NCBI GenBank assembly: GCA_943354575.1
Contig: CALRCL010000001.1
Span: 2,934-66,933, forward strand
Direction: 5' to 3'
DNA: 64,000 bases
Source: Patescibacteria group bacterium UBA4664
Lineage (GTDB): Bacteria; Patescibacteriota; Saccharimonadia; CAILAD01; BJGX01
Below the pieces are notes generated by a model that ran no database searches, was not told where the DNA came from, and worked only from the letters and a program-made list of their open reading frames with translations. The stretch's first letter is position 1. Each line of letters opens with the position of its first letter. Shown piece by piece: positions 1 through 11,488 of the stretch. A program made the translations under genes and the position numbers.

Positions 1-760
1 CTAGCAGACCTACGAATTTCTGGGCAACCTCGGGTTTATATACTATCTCGACAGCCTTGGAGGTTTTGATGTTTCTTTTTATTACCAGCCCCGTCAACAC
101 CAGCTCAAAAATCTCCTCAAAGCTAATACTACGCTTGGCGCTATCGAGCTGGGCTTCCGACTCGGCGGTATGTAAGATACGAATTGATGCCGATTTTGGT
201 AGTAGCTCGTGGTCTTTTACTATCGCATCAGGAAGGCTGTCTTCCAATTGATCGCTGACATCCATACACTGAGCGATTAACTTTCTGATGATCGTCGAGG
301 TGAGCTGTTTGGTTTCGGGGTAGATTGGTATTATATCTTGCTTGAATGGCCGAGTGGTGAGTTTGTCAAAAGTCGGTGCCTGGAGGCTAATATAGCCGTT
401 TTTGTATTCATAGTTGCCTCTAAAACGATAAGTGTTATTTGCGACAAGCGTCTGGGCCAAATAAGGCTGGTTGAACCATATCGCCTTAATGGTTCCGGTA
501 CTATCGCTTAAGATTGCTTCGGTAATTGTTAGCCTACGGTTACGGTGACTCATGCGCATCGCCACTCGCTCAACCTTAGCCTCAAAACTAACCAGCCCAG
601 GCTGTATGTCGCGAATACTTTTGATGGCCAAATAGCTGTCCCACCTTCTGGGGTAATAATTAAGCAAATCGGCGATCGTAAAGATTCCAGCACCAGCTAG
701 GGCTTTTTCTAATATGGGGCCAACGCCCTTGAGTCTCGATACCGAACTTTTAGTGGTCAT
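1..760 (-). CDS. recG: ATP-dependent DNA helicase RecG (N-terminal part, runs off the window)
   Basis: Manual translation from ATG at 760: MTTKSSVSRLKGVGPILEKALAGAGIFTIADLLNYYPRRW...DSTGTIKAIWFNQPYL...IIPIYPETKQL, the RecG wedge/OB region. Confidence 0.9.
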   Translation of the reverse strand, partial: MTTKSSVSRLKGVGPILEKALAGAGIFTIADLLNYYPRRWDSYLAIKSIRDIQPGLVSFEAKVERVAMRMSHRNRRLTITEAILSDSTGTIKAIWFNQPYLAQTLVANNTYRFRGNYEYKNGYISLQAPTFDKLTTRPFKQDIIPIYPETKQLTSTIIRKLIAQCMDVSDQLEDSLPDAIVKDHELLPKSASIRILHTAESEAQLDSAKRSISFEEIFELVLTGLVIKRNIKTSKAVEIVYKPEVAQKFVGLL

Positions 761-794
761 AGCTATATTCTAACACGAACAAAAAACGATAATT

Positions 795-1970
795 TTAACT
801 GATCTCGATATTTTTGTAGCGTCTCTTACCGAGCTGCAATAAGCAGTCTGCAGATATTTTGTACTCTGCATCCTTTATTACCTCGTCGTTAATTTTGATT
901 CCGCCTTGAGTCAATAGTCGTCGGGCTTCGGATTTGCTGACATCAAAAGCGAGAGCCACAACATCAATAACCGAGCCTATTTTGGTTTTGAAGGTTTCGA
1001 TATCAGATGGCTTCTCGCCACCTATGAACTGTTTTTCCCAATCTTTTTCGGCCTTTAGAGCTATTTTGCTGTCGTAATAGCGAGCTACTACTGCGCGGGC
1101 CAGGCTGGCCTTGGTGTCACGCGGTTTATCGCCGAGCGACATGCCTTTCTCAATTTGGGCAATCACATCCATCGGTGTGTCAGTGGCCAGCTTAAAATAC
1201 GCTGGTATAAGCTCGTCACGAATGGTCATTACTTTGCCGTACATATCGAGTGGCTCATCATCAACGAATATACAATTGCCCCAGGATGTACTCATTTTGC
1301 GTCCGTCTGTACCCTCTAGGATATGGAAAGTCATAACATTTTGAGGGTCCTGGCCGTAGGCTTTTTGGACTGTTCGGCCTGCTAGCATATTAAATAGCTG
1401 GTCGGTACCTCCAACTTCAAGATCTGTTTTCATCTGGACACTATCGTAACCCTGCAGAAGGGCATAGAGTGTTTCGTGCAATCCGACTGGTTTATTAGCC
1501 TCAATGCGCTTGGCGAAGTTATCGCGCTCGGTCATCTGTTGGATAGTAAATAGACTAGTCAGCTTAAAAAACTCATCTAATTGCATTTTTTCGAACCAAT
1601 CGCCATTGTGAAACATCTCTACCCTATCCATATCCAAAATCTTAGAGAGCTGGCCATGGTAGGATTTGAAGTTCTCGGCGACTTCTTCACTAGAGAGCAT
1701 TTTTCGTTCCGAAAACTTGTCTGATGTATCGCCAATTTGGGCTGTAAAAGTACCTGCAACAAATGTTATCTGGTGTCCTAAATCCTGAAATTGCCTTAGC
1801 TTCCAGAGAGCTACGGCGCGGCCAATGTGTATTTTTGATCCGGTTGGGTCAATTCCGAGCTTGATCCTTAGTTTTTTACCGCTTTTTAGCTTTTTCTCGA
1901 GCTCACTGCGCACAATTAGGTCTTCTACATTGCGAGTCAATAGGTCGTTGAGTATATCTTTAGATTTCAT
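795..1970 (-). CDS. tyrS: Tyrosyl-tRNA synthetase
   Basis: KLGIDPTG, HIGR (HIGH), GGTDQLFN, KMSTS (KMSKS), C-terminal S4-like domain. Confidence 0.97.
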   Translation of the reverse strand: MKSKDILNDLLTRNVEDLIVRSELEKKLKSGKKLRIKLGIDPTGSKIHIGRAVALWKLRQFQDLGHQITFVAGTFTAQIGDTSDKFSERKMLSSEEVAENFKSYHGQLSKILDMDRVEMFHNGDWFEKMQLDEFFKLTSLFTIQQMTERDNFAKRIEANKPVGLHETLYALLQGYDSVQMKTDLEVGGTDQLFNMLAGRTVQKAYGQDPQNVMTFHILEGTDGRKMSTSWGNCIFVDDEPLDMYGKVMTIRDELIPAYFKLATDTPMDVIAQIEKGMSLGDKPRDTKASLARAVVARYYDSKIALKAEKDWEKQFIGGEKPSDIETFKTKIGSVIDVVALAFDVSKSEARRLLTQGGIKINDEVIKDAEYKISADCLLQLGKRRYKNIEIS

Positions 1971-2121
1971 ATTATTCCTTGATTTATTAATTAGTAAAAT
2001 GAATAGTCCCGAATATCAAATCTACATCTGTCACATTATACCAACAATAGCGTTATATTGTAATCATACTTATGAATAAATTTATTGGCTAAGTCGTGAT
2101 ATAATTTAATGTAATAACTCT

Positions 2122-4962
2122 ATGGCAAAAAAACCAGTAAATAAAGCTAATAAATCTACCCGTCGTGTGGTTAAGCATACGACCACCTCAAAGATTAGCA
2201 AAAAATCACCTTCAAGACCCCGAGTAAAGGGGTGGGAGAGATTTCGTTATAAAAATATTATCCGCGTCATTACGAGCAAAAAAGCTCTAAAAATATATGG
2301 CATAACTGCTGCTGTTACAGTACTGCTTTTGGCTGGCTTGTTCTTGTGGTTCGCCAAGGACCTACCAAGCCCTAATAAAATCAACTCTCGAGTCAGTGCC
2401 CAGACTACCAAAATATATGACCGAACCGGCGAAAACCTCCTAATTGAAGTCTATGGCGATAAAAACCGTAGCATAATCGAGTTCAATCAAATGCCGCAGT
2501 GTATCAAAGACGCCACGGTTGCCCTGGAAGACAAAAATTTTTATAAGCAAGGTGCTTTTAGCCCAGCAGGAATTGCCAGGGCTTTTACGGGAGTAATCTT
2601 TAAGGACCCCAGCAAGGGTGGTGGCTCGACTATTACCCAGCAGTATGTCAAAAACGCCCTTTTGACCAACGAGCGAACTTTTACCCGAAAAATCAAAGAG
2701 CTAATTTTGTCTATCCAGATGGAGCAACTCTACAAAAAAGACGATATCCTGAAGCTCTATCTAAATGAGATTCCTTATGGTTCAACTGCCTATGGTATTC
2801 AAGCCGCCTCAAAGCAGTATTTTGGTATTGATGCCAAAGACCTAAATCTAGCTCAGTGTGTCACTCTGGCTAGTCTTCCCCAGGCTCCAACCTACTACTC
2901 GCCCTACGGACAAAATAAGCAGGCCTTGCTCGATAAAAAAGATCGTGTGCTAGATATGCTTGTCGATCAGAACTATATCAAAAGAGAGCAAGCCGATGAA
3001 GCTAAAAAGGTAGATGTCATGTCGCTACTTAAGCCCTACAATCCTTATGCCAACATCCAGGCTCCTCACTTCGTGCAATATATTCGCGAGCAATTAGAAG
3101 AAAAATATGGCATCAAGCGAGTCAACGAGGGTGGCTTTAAGGTCATCTCCACAATCGACCTCACCAAGCAAAAGCTAGCCGAGGGGATAGTCTTAAAAAA
3201 CATCAATTCTGTTAGGGGTTACGGAGGCGACAACGCGGCGTTAGTTTCGGCTGACCCAAACAACGGACAGGTGCTTGTGATGGTCGGGAGCTACGATGCC
3301 ACTAACCCTGAATTTGGTATTTATAACGTAGCTGCCGCGCTTAGACAGCCAGGCTCGTCTATTAAGCCTGTGGTTTATGCTAGCTTGTTCAAGAAAAACT
3401 GGGGACCAGGTAGCACAATATATGATGTTCGAACTGACTTTGGTGGGATTCCACCATATATTCCCAAAAACTACACCGGCGGTTTTTATGGGGTACAGTC
3501 GGTCAGAACAGCATTGGCTAGCTCTCTGAATATACCTGCAGTAAAAGGCCTCTACATTGGTGGCATACCAGAGTTTATTGGTACTGCACGAGATATGGGT
3601 ATAACTACCTACGATAAGCCAGTCGATGAATACGGCCTAAGTATGGCGCTAGGGGCAGGAGAAGTGCGGATGGTCGATATGGTCAATGCCTATTCGGCCT
3701 TTCCTACCAACGGCCAGCACCACGACCCTGTCTATTGGCTCAAGATTACCGACGGCTCTGGCAAGGTCATCGAGGACAACACCAAGCCCGACAGCAACAA
3801 ATCCAAGCAAGTGCTAGACCCACAAATTGCCTACCTAATAAGCAACATCATGTCCGACAATAACGCCCGTTGTAGTAACGGCACCTTCCCTTGCAATAAT
3901 CCCCTCACGCTGCCCAATAAGACTGTCGCTGCCAAGACTGGTACATCGGAAGATTACCGAGACGCCTGGACTATTGGCTTCACCAAACGAGTCATCACCG
4001 CTACTTGGGCTGGTAATAACGACAACACACCGATGACCCAAGCGGCTAGTATTGTTGCAGCTCCAATCTGGAACCAGTACATGCGCGAGGTCACCAAAGA
4101 CGATCCGAATGAACAATTTGATAGACCACCCGGAATCAAGCAAGAAACCATCGACGCCAACACCGGAAAGTCGCCGATAGCGGGCTCAAAGCTTCGGACA
4201 GATATCTTTCCGAGTTGGTACCGTGTCGAAAAGGCTCAAGACTCGCAACGAGCCACTATCGATATTGTCTCCGGTAAATTAGCTACCGACTGCACGCCAG
4301 CTGGCGCGCGTAAAGAAATAACTGGCTCTCTAATAACGGCCGAAATAGCCCCAACCGACCCCTCGTATCCAAGGTGGAACCCACCAGTGCAGGTTTTGGC
4401 CGCTTCGCTTGGGTACGCCCAGGGCGGAAGTATTCCGTCAGAAAAAGACGACGCCCACCAGTGTGGCGATCCTCAGCCAGTAGTATCAATCACGGCCACC
4501 CCCACCACAGGTAGCACCTTTACTATCACCGCAGCCACTACTCAGGGCAAGTTCCCAATTAGCCAAGTCGCTTTTTATATGGATGGAAACATTCTTGCAA
4601 CAAAATCTGGTAGTGGGCCAACCTTTAGTACCACTGTCACTCCAACGGCTGGAGTCCACAAATTTAGTGCGGTAGTAACAGACTCGGGCTACTACACCGG
4701 CACCAGCAATAGCATAACGGCCACAGCGACAGGTGTCGGTGGTGCAAACTTGAGCTGCTCGGGAAGTAGCTGCCAATTCACCTACACACTAGGAGCTTTT
4801 AGCGTTCAGCTCTATGTAAATAATGCGCCATTCGGTCTGAGCAAAGATACCTCAACTGCTACTTGGGGCGGGACAGGCTGGAATAGTATCACCGGCTCAG
4901 GCTCAAATGTTAAAGCTAGCTTTTTGCCTGCCAGTGGCCCTGCGCAAACTATCTATCCCTAA
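2122..4962 (+). CDS. Class A penicillin-binding protein (PBP1A family) with C-terminal Ig-like extension
   Basis: TM anchor; EDKNFY and GGSTITQQYVKN transglycosylase motifs; SSIK, SLN and KTG transpeptidase motifs; Thr/Gly-rich beta C-terminus. Confidence 0.95.
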   Translation: MAKKPVNKANKSTRRVVKHTTTSKISKKSPSRPRVKGWERFRYKNIIRVITSKKALKIYGITAAVTVLLLAGLFLWFAKDLPSPNKINSRVSAQTTKIYDRTGENLLIEVYGDKNRSIIEFNQMPQCIKDATVALEDKNFYKQGAFSPAGIARAFTGVIFKDPSKGGGSTITQQYVKNALLTNERTFTRKIKELILSIQMEQLYKKDDILKLYLNEIPYGSTAYGIQAASKQYFGIDAKDLNLAQCVTLASLPQAPTYYSPYGQNKQALLDKKDRVLDMLVDQNYIKREQADEAKKVDVMSLLKPYNPYANIQAPHFVQYIREQLEEKYGIKRVNEGGFKVISTIDLTKQKLAEGIVLKNINSVRGYGGDNAALVSADPNNGQVLVMVGSYDATNPEFGIYNVAAALRQPGSSIKPVVYASLFKKNWGPGSTIYDVRTDFGGIPPYIPKNYTGGFYGVQSVRTALASSLNIPAVKGLYIGGIPEFIGTARDMGITTYDKPVDEYGLSMALGAGEVRMVDMVNAYSAFPTNGQHHDPVYWLKITDGSGKVIEDNTKPDSNKSKQVLDPQIAYLISNIMSDNNARCSNGTFPCNNPLTLPNKTVAAKTGTSEDYRDAWTIGFTKRVITATWAGNNDNTPMTQAASIVAAPIWNQYMREVTKDDPNEQFDRPPGIKQETIDANTGKSPIAGSKLRTDIFPSWYRVEKAQDSQRATIDIVSGKLATDCTPAGARKEITGSLITAEIAPTDPSYPRWNPPVQVLAASLGYAQGGSIPSEKDDAHQCGDPQPVVSITATPTTGSTFTITAATTQGKFPISQVAFYMDGNILATKSGSGPTFSTTVTPTAGVHKFSAVVTDSGYYTGTSNSITATATGVGGANLSCSGSSCQFTYTLGAFSVQLYVNNAPFGLSKDTSTATWGGTGWNSITGSGSNVKASFLPASGPAQTIYP

Positions 4963-5098
4963 AACTAGGCTAATAAAAAATATCGTTATTTGTTAAGCAA
5001 GTAAACTATATTAAAGGCTGTATCTGCCAAACCAATCTCGGCTTTAGGTAAAATTAGCCCTAGCTTACTGTCACTAAATGAAGTGCTAATTGTTTTTA

Positions 5099-6100
5099 CT
5101 ATCGAGAGCTTTTAGTGCTTGGAGTAAACTTGGTGGGCTTTCTGGGTTGTCTGGGTGGACGAGTGCTAGAGTTGGCCTTAGCATTTTTAGGAGTAGCAAA
5201 TATCATCTTGCCAGCAACAGACTGAAATATCCTGGTAACTTCGCAGTCGACATCCTTGCCAATGAGCTTATCGCCTCCATCGACCACAATCATGGTTCCG
5301 TCGGGCAGGTATCCGACGCCTTGGTTTTTTTCTTTTCCGGCCTGAACAACATTGACCTTCATAATTTCGCCTGGCAATACGACAGCACGGATGGCGTTAG
5401 CCAACTCATTGATATTGAGAATTTTAACGCCTTCGATTGTTGCGACGCGGTTAAGATTGTAGTCGGTGGTTAGGATATTGGCGCGATGCTTTTTGGCCAA
5501 ATACACTAGCTTGTGATCTACCTCTTTTACATCCTTGGGGTCGTCCTCGATAATCTCTAGCTGCAAAGCATCGTTAAGGCGCATCTCGTTTAGTATTTCC
5601 AGGCCACGACGGCCTCTACCTCGACGCAATGCATCTTCGCTATCGGCAATATTTTGAAGCTCAGCCAGAACAAACCTAGGCACAATTAGAGCGCCAGGTA
5701 TAAAGCCGCTGGCTACAATGTCGCCGATTCGGCCATCAATTATGGCCGAGGTATCGACCAGTACTTTGGTTTCGTGCTTATTGACTTTAAGGGGCTTAAG
5801 TTTGTCTTGTATTTGTTTCTTGTCGCCTTTTTTAGGCATTAGGTTGTCTAAGAATTCATGTTGCGAATAAAACACCAATGCTAACGCAACAGCCAAAACA
5901 ACCGTTACGGCGATTGGCAGGTACTGCCTATACGGCTCGGCCAAGGCTGAGAGCGGGATAGCCAATAAGGATCCGATGATGCTACCAAGCAGCGCCCCTA
6001 TTACGACTAGTATTAATTTCTGGGCGCTTAATTTGGCCAAGCGATATGTTACGACAAATACAGCTAAGGCAATTACTAATATAACTTCTACTACTAACAT
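5099..6100 (-). CDS. PIN/TRAM domain membrane protein (YacL family)
   Basis: TM helices, VLVDTSAIIDGRI PIN motif, GVGYLPDGTMIVV TRAM region; clpC-radA-yacL synteny. Confidence 0.92.
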   Translation of the reverse strand: MLVVEVILVIALAVFVVTYRLAKLSAQKLILVVIGALLGSIIGSLLAIPLSALAEPYRQYLPIAVTVVLAVALALVFYSQHEFLDNLMPKKGDKKQIQDKLKPLKVNKHETKVLVDTSAIIDGRIGDIVASGFIPGALIVPRFVLAELQNIADSEDALRRGRGRRGLEILNEMRLNDALQLEIIEDDPKDVKEVDHKLVYLAKKHRANILTTDYNLNRVATIEGVKILNINELANAIRAVVLPGEIMKVNVVQAGKEKNQGVGYLPDGTMIVVDGGDKLIGKDVDCEVTRIFQSVAGKMIFATPKNAKANSSTRPPRQPRKPTKFTPSTKSSR

Positions 6101-6115
6101 GAATTATGGTTTCCT

Positions 6116-7444
6116 CTATTTTAATGATTTGATAGCTTCAGCAATTGTCATCACACCAAGGTAGTTTTGACCTTTGGCACTGGATGGCACAATTGCATTT
6201 TTATAGCCAAGTTTGCTGGCTTCACGAAGTCTTAAATTGGACATATTGACTGACCGAACTTCACCGCTTAGACCCACTTCACCAAATACTACCGTGCTTG
6301 GCTTGATAATTTTACCGCTTGATGCGGATGCGATTGCTAAAATAATTGCGAGATCAATTGCTGGTTCGGCGAGCTTTATTCCACCTACAATATTAACATA
6401 GACATCGTGACTACTCAAGTTGATACCGCCACGTTTTTGCATAACTGCGCACAATAAGCCAAGCCGATTGAGATCGAAACCATCGGCTACTCGTTTAGGG
6501 TAGCCAAATACACTGGTACTAACTAGTGCCTGAACTTCTACCAAAATAGGCCGGCTGCCTTCCATACCAACAAACACTACGCTACCCGGCAGCTCTTGGC
6601 GTTCTTGCAGTAGAGCTTCAGAAGGATTCTTGACAGCTACAAGGCCAGCTTCGGTCATCTCTAGCATTCCGACTTCATTGGTGGCTCCAAAACGGTTCTT
6701 AACACTTCTTAAGAGTTTGAGGAGGCCATAACGCTCGCCCTCGAGATACAGCACAGTATCTACCAAGTGCTCCATCAGTCTTGGTCCGGCGACATTACCC
6801 TCCTTAGTGACATGCCCAATAATAATAAAAGAAGTGTTGGTGCTCTTTGCTAGTCGCACCAGGCTATTGGTGTTGTTGGTTATTTGGCTGGTTGTACCGG
6901 CTGATCCGCTAAGGTTTTGGCTGACCATTGTTTGAATCGAATCCACCACCACTAGCTGGTACCCGCCCGTCTGAGCATAGGCCAAGACTTCATCGACATC
7001 TGTGGTCGCTAAAAACTCAAATTCAGTATTCATACCTTTGAGCCTGGCTCCGCGAAGCTTAACTTGGGCTGCCGATTCTTCACCACTGACATATAGCACC
7101 TTGTTTTTCTTGGCTACTTCGGCTGCGACCTGTAAAACCAGAGTAGACTTGCCAATGCCGGGGTCGCCCGCCAATAGCACAAGGCTGCCAGGGACTATTC
7201 CGCCTCCCAAGACCGCATCAACTTCACTGTTGCCAGTGCTAATTCGACTTTTATCGGAAGATGAAATTTCATGGAACTTGTCGATTTTAGTGGTTGGGGT
7301 GGCGAGCTTTTTGTTGCCAATAGTGCCAAGTGCGACACTCTCGACAATAGTGTCCCATGCTCCACACTGCATACATTTGCCGCTCCACTTGCTGGAGTTT
7401 GCTCCGCAGCTTTGGCAACTAAACTGTACATTTGATTTAGACAT
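6116..7444 (-). CDS. radA: DNA repair protein RadA/Sms
   Basis: C4 zinc finger, GDPGIGKST, KNRFG motif, Lon-like C-terminus. Confidence 0.97.
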   Translation of the reverse strand: MSKSNVQFSCQSCGANSSKWSGKCMQCGAWDTIVESVALGTIGNKKLATPTTKIDKFHEISSSDKSRISTGNSEVDAVLGGGIVPGSLVLLAGDPGIGKSTLVLQVAAEVAKKNKVLYVSGEESAAQVKLRGARLKGMNTEFEFLATTDVDEVLAYAQTGGYQLVVVDSIQTMVSQNLSGSAGTTSQITNNTNSLVRLAKSTNTSFIIIGHVTKEGNVAGPRLMEHLVDTVLYLEGERYGLLKLLRSVKNRFGATNEVGMLEMTEAGLVAVKNPSEALLQERQELPGSVVFVGMEGSRPILVEVQALVSTSVFGYPKRVADGFDLNRLGLLCAVMQKRGGINLSSHDVYVNIVGGIKLAEPAIDLAIILAIASASSGKIIKPSTVVFGEVGLSGEVRSVNMSNLRLREASKLGYKNAIVPSSAKGQNYLGVMTIAEAIKSLK

Positions 7445-7512
7445 ATGGTAAATTATACACGACTAATGCGATACGAACAAATAGCGAATAGACCTGAGTG
7501 GTGCCTGGGTAC

Positions 7513-9990
7513 CTAAACTGTGGCACCAACTTTGATGTTCAGATCGACATCATTATCTTTAGCACTAACTTCTACTATGTCACCTGGCTTGATCATTTCC
7601 GAGACTATCCCGCTGGCCAGTTTGTCTTCGATCAGCCTCTGGACTGCGCGCTTCATTGGTCGGGCGCCGTTTTCGATATCATAGCCTTTTTCCACTAACA
7701 GCGCGCGAACATTTGGTTTGAACTTTAGAATAATTTCCTTCTCTTCTAAGCGTCTGGCGAGGTCCTTGAGCTGGAGTTCGGCTATTTTTTCGATGTCGAG
7801 TTTAGAGAGCGCCTTGAATACCACAACATGGTCGATACGATTCAAAAATTCTGGGCGGAATTGTTTTTTTAATTCGCTTGTAACTTTTTCTGTCATCTGG
7901 ACATGGATTTCTTCCAGCTTTTGCTGCTCTTTTGGAGTATCGGTTGTAAAGCCTATTTCAGCTTCTTTAGCCAAAACTCTGGCTCCAACATTACTCGTCA
8001 TAATAATGATTGTATTGCTAAAATCTACTTTTTTGCCCTTGGCGTCAGTCAATACACCATCCTCTAGAATCTGCAATAGAATATTAAAAATATCAGGATG
8101 AGCCTTTTCTATTTCATCAAATAATATCAGGCTATACGGCTTGCGACGAACTTTTTCTGTGAGTTGGCCAGCATCTTCATACCCGACATAACCTGCTGGG
8201 GCACCAACCAAACGCGAAACATTGTGCTTTTCCATAAACTCACTCATGTCTACCTTAATGATTGAGTCTGCGTCGTTAAATAGCTCCCCTGACAGTACCC
8301 GGGCTAATTCGGTTTTACCAACACCAGTTGGACCCAAGAACATAAATGACCCGATGGGTTTTTTTTGGTCGGCAATTCCTGTACGGCTGCGGCGTATAGC
8401 CTTAGCTATGACATCTACGGCGCTGTCCTGGCCAATAATCTTGAGTTTTAGTGTTTGCTCTAGCTTTTTCAGACTATCGGTCTCAAACTTCGCCAGTTTT
8501 TCGACAGGAATACCAGTAGATTGTGCTACGACCTTAGTAATATCATCGATTGTAACCTTTACTTTATCACTATTTTTAGAATCTGCTTGAACTTCATTTA
8601 GTTTTTTTTCTATGACACTGGCTTCGGATTTTAATCTAGCAGCCTGCTCGAAATCTTGGTTATATACGGCATCGTCGATTTTAGTTAGCTTTTCTTCGAG
8701 CTGCTTGGATAGCCGCTTGCCTCGTCCGTCGGTACTAGAACGAGTTATCCTGGCTCTTGAAGATGCCTCATCAATTAGATCTATTGCCTTGTCTGGCAAA
8801 AACCTGTCGGCAATGTAACGCTTAGCTAGTTTGGCTGCCTCTTCGATTGCCTCGTCGGTAATTTTGACACTATGGAATTTTTCGTACCTTGGGCGCAAGC
8901 CTTTAAGCACCTCGATAGTTTCATCGACCGTAGCTTCTGGGACTATAATTGGCTGAAACCGACGCTCCAAAGCAGCATCTTTTTCGATATGCTTTCTGTA
9001 CTCTTCGAGTGTGGTGGCGCCAATAGTCTGGACTTCACCACGCGATAAGGCTGGTTTGAGGATATTAGCAGCATCAATCGCACCTTCGGCGCTTCCGGCT
9101 CCAACGACGTTATGAAGCTCGTCAATAAATAGTATTACATCTGGTGAAGCGATCACTTCGTCGATTATTTTTTTGAGGCGCTCCTCGAATTCGCCCCTAA
9201 ACTTAGTGCCTGCAATTACTGAAGCCATATCGAGCATCATCAGCCTTTTGCCAAGCAACATCTCAGGTACTCGCTCATCGACAATTCGTTTTGCGAGGCC
9301 CTCGACAATTGCTGTTTTGCCGACACCTGGCTCACCAATCAGGACTGGGTTGTTTTTGCTGCGACGGTTTAGTATTTGGATCATTCTATCAATTTGTGTT
9401 TCTCGACCAACCACTGGATCGAGTAAATCTTTCATAGCCTTGGCGGTCAGATCTATACCAAAATGGTCTAATGCTGGTGTCTTGGAGCGCTTGGAGTTTT
9501 TGCGACCAGGGCCACCTTGCGGTATTTCAACCTGTGATGGCTGTGAGTCTAGATACTTTTCGAGCTCGTTTCTAACCGAAACTGGATCAACCTGCATGTC
9601 TTTTAAGATAGATATCGCTCGAGAATTTTTTTGCCCGAGTATTGCAATTAATAAGTGCTCCGTACCAGCGTAGGGTTGGCCATTTTGCTGTGCAACCCTG
9701 AGCGCGGAGGTAATGGTTTGCTTGGCTGTTTCCGATAGCTCAATGCTACCAGATGGCGTAGAGGTCTGGATATTGTGGTTGCCATAAACTGGGACATTGT
9801 CGATTCTGACGCCCATATCGGCTAGCAGACGGGCTCCTATCGAACCTTGCACCTTAAGCATTCCTAGTAGTAGATGTTCGGTACCAATGTAGCTCGATCC
9901 CATGTTAATCGCAAGAAGACCAGCACTTTCCAGGCTTTTTTTGGCATTGAGCGTGAACCTATCAAAATGGTTTAAAAAATCGTCTTGCAT
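7513..9990 (-). CDS. clpC: ATP-dependent Clp protease ATP-binding subunit ClpC
   Basis: Clp-N repeats, two AAA+ modules ([16 protein letters not shown]), UVR-like middle domain. Confidence 0.95.
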   Translation of the reverse strand: MQDDFLNHFDRFTLNAKKSLESAGLLAINMGSSYIGTEHLLLGMLKVQGSIGARLLADMGVRIDNVPVYGNHNIQTSTPSGSIELSETAKQTITSALRVAQQNGQPYAGTEHLLIAILGQKNSRAISILKDMQVDPVSVRNELEKYLDSQPSQVEIPQGGPGRKNSKRSKTPALDHFGIDLTAKAMKDLLDPVVGRETQIDRMIQILNRRSKNNPVLIGEPGVGKTAIVEGLAKRIVDERVPEMLLGKRLMMLDMASVIAGTKFRGEFEERLKKIIDEVIASPDVILFIDELHNVVGAGSAEGAIDAANILKPALSRGEVQTIGATTLEEYRKHIEKDAALERRFQPIIVPEATVDETIEVLKGLRPRYEKFHSVKITDEAIEEAAKLAKRYIADRFLPDKAIDLIDEASSRARITRSSTDGRGKRLSKQLEEKLTKIDDAVYNQDFEQAARLKSEASVIEKKLNEVQADSKNSDKVKVTIDDITKVVAQSTGIPVEKLAKFETDSLKKLEQTLKLKIIGQDSAVDVIAKAIRRSRTGIADQKKPIGSFMFLGPTGVGKTELARVLSGELFNDADSIIKVDMSEFMEKHNVSRLVGAPAGYVGYEDAGQLTEKVRRKPYSLILFDEIEKAHPDIFNILLQILEDGVLTDAKGKKVDFSNTIIIMTSNVGARVLAKEAEIGFTTDTPKEQQKLEEIHVQMTEKVTSELKKQFRPEFLNRIDHVVVFKALSKLDIEKIAELQLKDLARRLEEKEIILKFKPNVRALLVEKGYDIENGARPMKRAVQRLIEDKLASGIVSEMIKPGDIVEVSAKDNDVDLNIKVGATV

Positions 9991-10038
9991 AATTCTTATC
10001 CTCCATCAATTCTAGCAAACTTTAGTTTTTATGTCTGT

Positions 10039-11295
10039 TTATTTATCTTCTGAATCTTCTAGGGCTTCTTCTTTTTCTACGACCTTCTTGATATCATCTT
10101 TAGATTCTGGGGTAGCTTCGGTAACTTGAGTGGCTTTAGTGACGGCTTCATCCTCTTTGGGTTCGGTGCTAGCATTAGAAGCGGCAATTATGGCGTCCTC
10201 TAGATCGGCAGTACGGGCCGGCTTGGGCTCAGGCACTATCTCTTTTGCTGTCGATTCGACGCCAGCGTCGTCGGCCCCATCGATATCTATATTCCACTCG
10301 GTCAATTTGGCTGCCAATCTTACATTCTGGCCAGATTTTCCAATGGCCAGGCTCAACTGGTCTTCAGGGACCTTAACTACGGCTTTTTTATTTTCCTTAT
10401 CTAATTTAACGCTAATTACTTTGGTTGGTGACAGGGCATTTGTGATATATTCCTTGGGGTCTTCACTAAAAGCAATGATGTCGATTTTTTCTTCACCTAG
10501 CTCTCCCATTACGGCCTGAACCCTAGTGCCTCTGCCCCCGACAAATGTACCGACTGGGTCGACGCCAGGGACATTAGATTTGACAGCTATCTTGGTGCGA
10601 GCTCCGGCTTCACGAGCGATGCCTGCAATTTCAACCGATCCGTTAGCTATCTCGGGAACCTCTAGTTCGAATAATCTTCGTACCATATCTGGGTGGGTTC
10701 GGCTAACTACAATTTGTGGACCGCGGTTGGTTTGTTCGACACGCACTACGAAAACCTTAATTTTTTGCGCAGGATAGTACTTTTCGTTAGGTATTTGGTC
10801 GCTCGGGAACATCACGCCGGTTGCTTTTCCGAGATCTATAAAGACATTACCACTCTCGAACCTTTGGACCATGGCATTAATGATTAACCCCTCCTTGCCG
10901 CTAAATTCACTAAATACGACCTCTCGCTCTGCCTCGCGAATTCGCTGGACAATCACCTGCTTGGCAGTTTGGGCGGCGACTCGTCCGAATTCCTTGCTGT
11001 CTTCTTTGAATTCGATCATATCACCCAAGGCACTAGCTTTTTTGAGCTTCTTGGCATCAGCTATCGATATCTGGATTAGTCCGTCTTCGACACTCTCGAC
11101 AACTTCTTTGGTTACAAAGATTGTCGGATCGCCGCTGTCGGGGTTTAACTCGACTCTAACTTCTTGCTCTTTATCCCCAAAATCTTTTTTGTAGGCAGCG
11201 ATTATTGCGGCCTTAATTGCCTCAATCACCATATCTTTCGATATGCCTTTTTCTTCACATATTTGCTCTATTGCTGATAAAAATTGGTTTTGCAT
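10039..11295 (-). CDS. nusA: Transcription factor NusA with acidic C-terminal tail
   Basis: FGRVAAQTAKQVI, S1/KH domains, SLAIGKSGQNVRLAAKLT. Confidence 0.97.
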   Translation of the reverse strand: MQNQFLSAIEQICEEKGISKDMVIEAIKAAIIAAYKKDFGDKEQEVRVELNPDSGDPTIFVTKEVVESVEDGLIQISIADAKKLKKASALGDMIEFKEDSKEFGRVAAQTAKQVIVQRIREAEREVVFSEFSGKEGLIINAMVQRFESGNVFIDLGKATGVMFPSDQIPNEKYYPAQKIKVFVVRVEQTNRGPQIVVSRTHPDMVRRLFELEVPEIANGSVEIAGIAREAGARTKIAVKSNVPGVDPVGTFVGGRGTRVQAVMGELGEEKIDIIAFSEDPKEYITNALSPTKVISVKLDKENKKAVVKVPEDQLSLAIGKSGQNVRLAAKLTEWNIDIDGADDAGVESTAKEIVPEPKPARTADLEDAIIAASNASTEPKEDEAVTKATQVTEATPESKDDIKKVVEKEEALEDSEDK

Positions 11296-11350
11296 AATTC
11301 TCCTATTAAAATGTTATTAAATTGTAGTTAGCCTTCAACAAAGCTTGAAT

Positions 11351-11379
11351 AAAAAAGCCGGTACACCAGTGCAACCGAC
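11351..11379 (-). terminator. Terminator-like hairpin in the nusA 5' leader (possible attenuator)
   Basis: Minus strand GTCGGTTGCACTGGTGTACCGGC followed by TTTTTT, between the promoter and the nusA start. Confidence 0.6.
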
Positions 11380-11408
11380 AGTTTCGCTCATTTCAGACTA
11401 TGCTCATA

Positions 11409-11437
11409 ATTGTACTTTTTTAGCAGTCTTATGTCAA
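11409..11437 (-). promoter_or_regulatory. Sigma70-type promoter of nusA
   Basis: Minus strand TTGACA-17 nt-TACAAT. Confidence 0.8.
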
Positions 11438-11488
11438 GAGTGCTAGGGCTCATATTGATGGCTTATTGATTTGTGGGGTCATAGTTCG

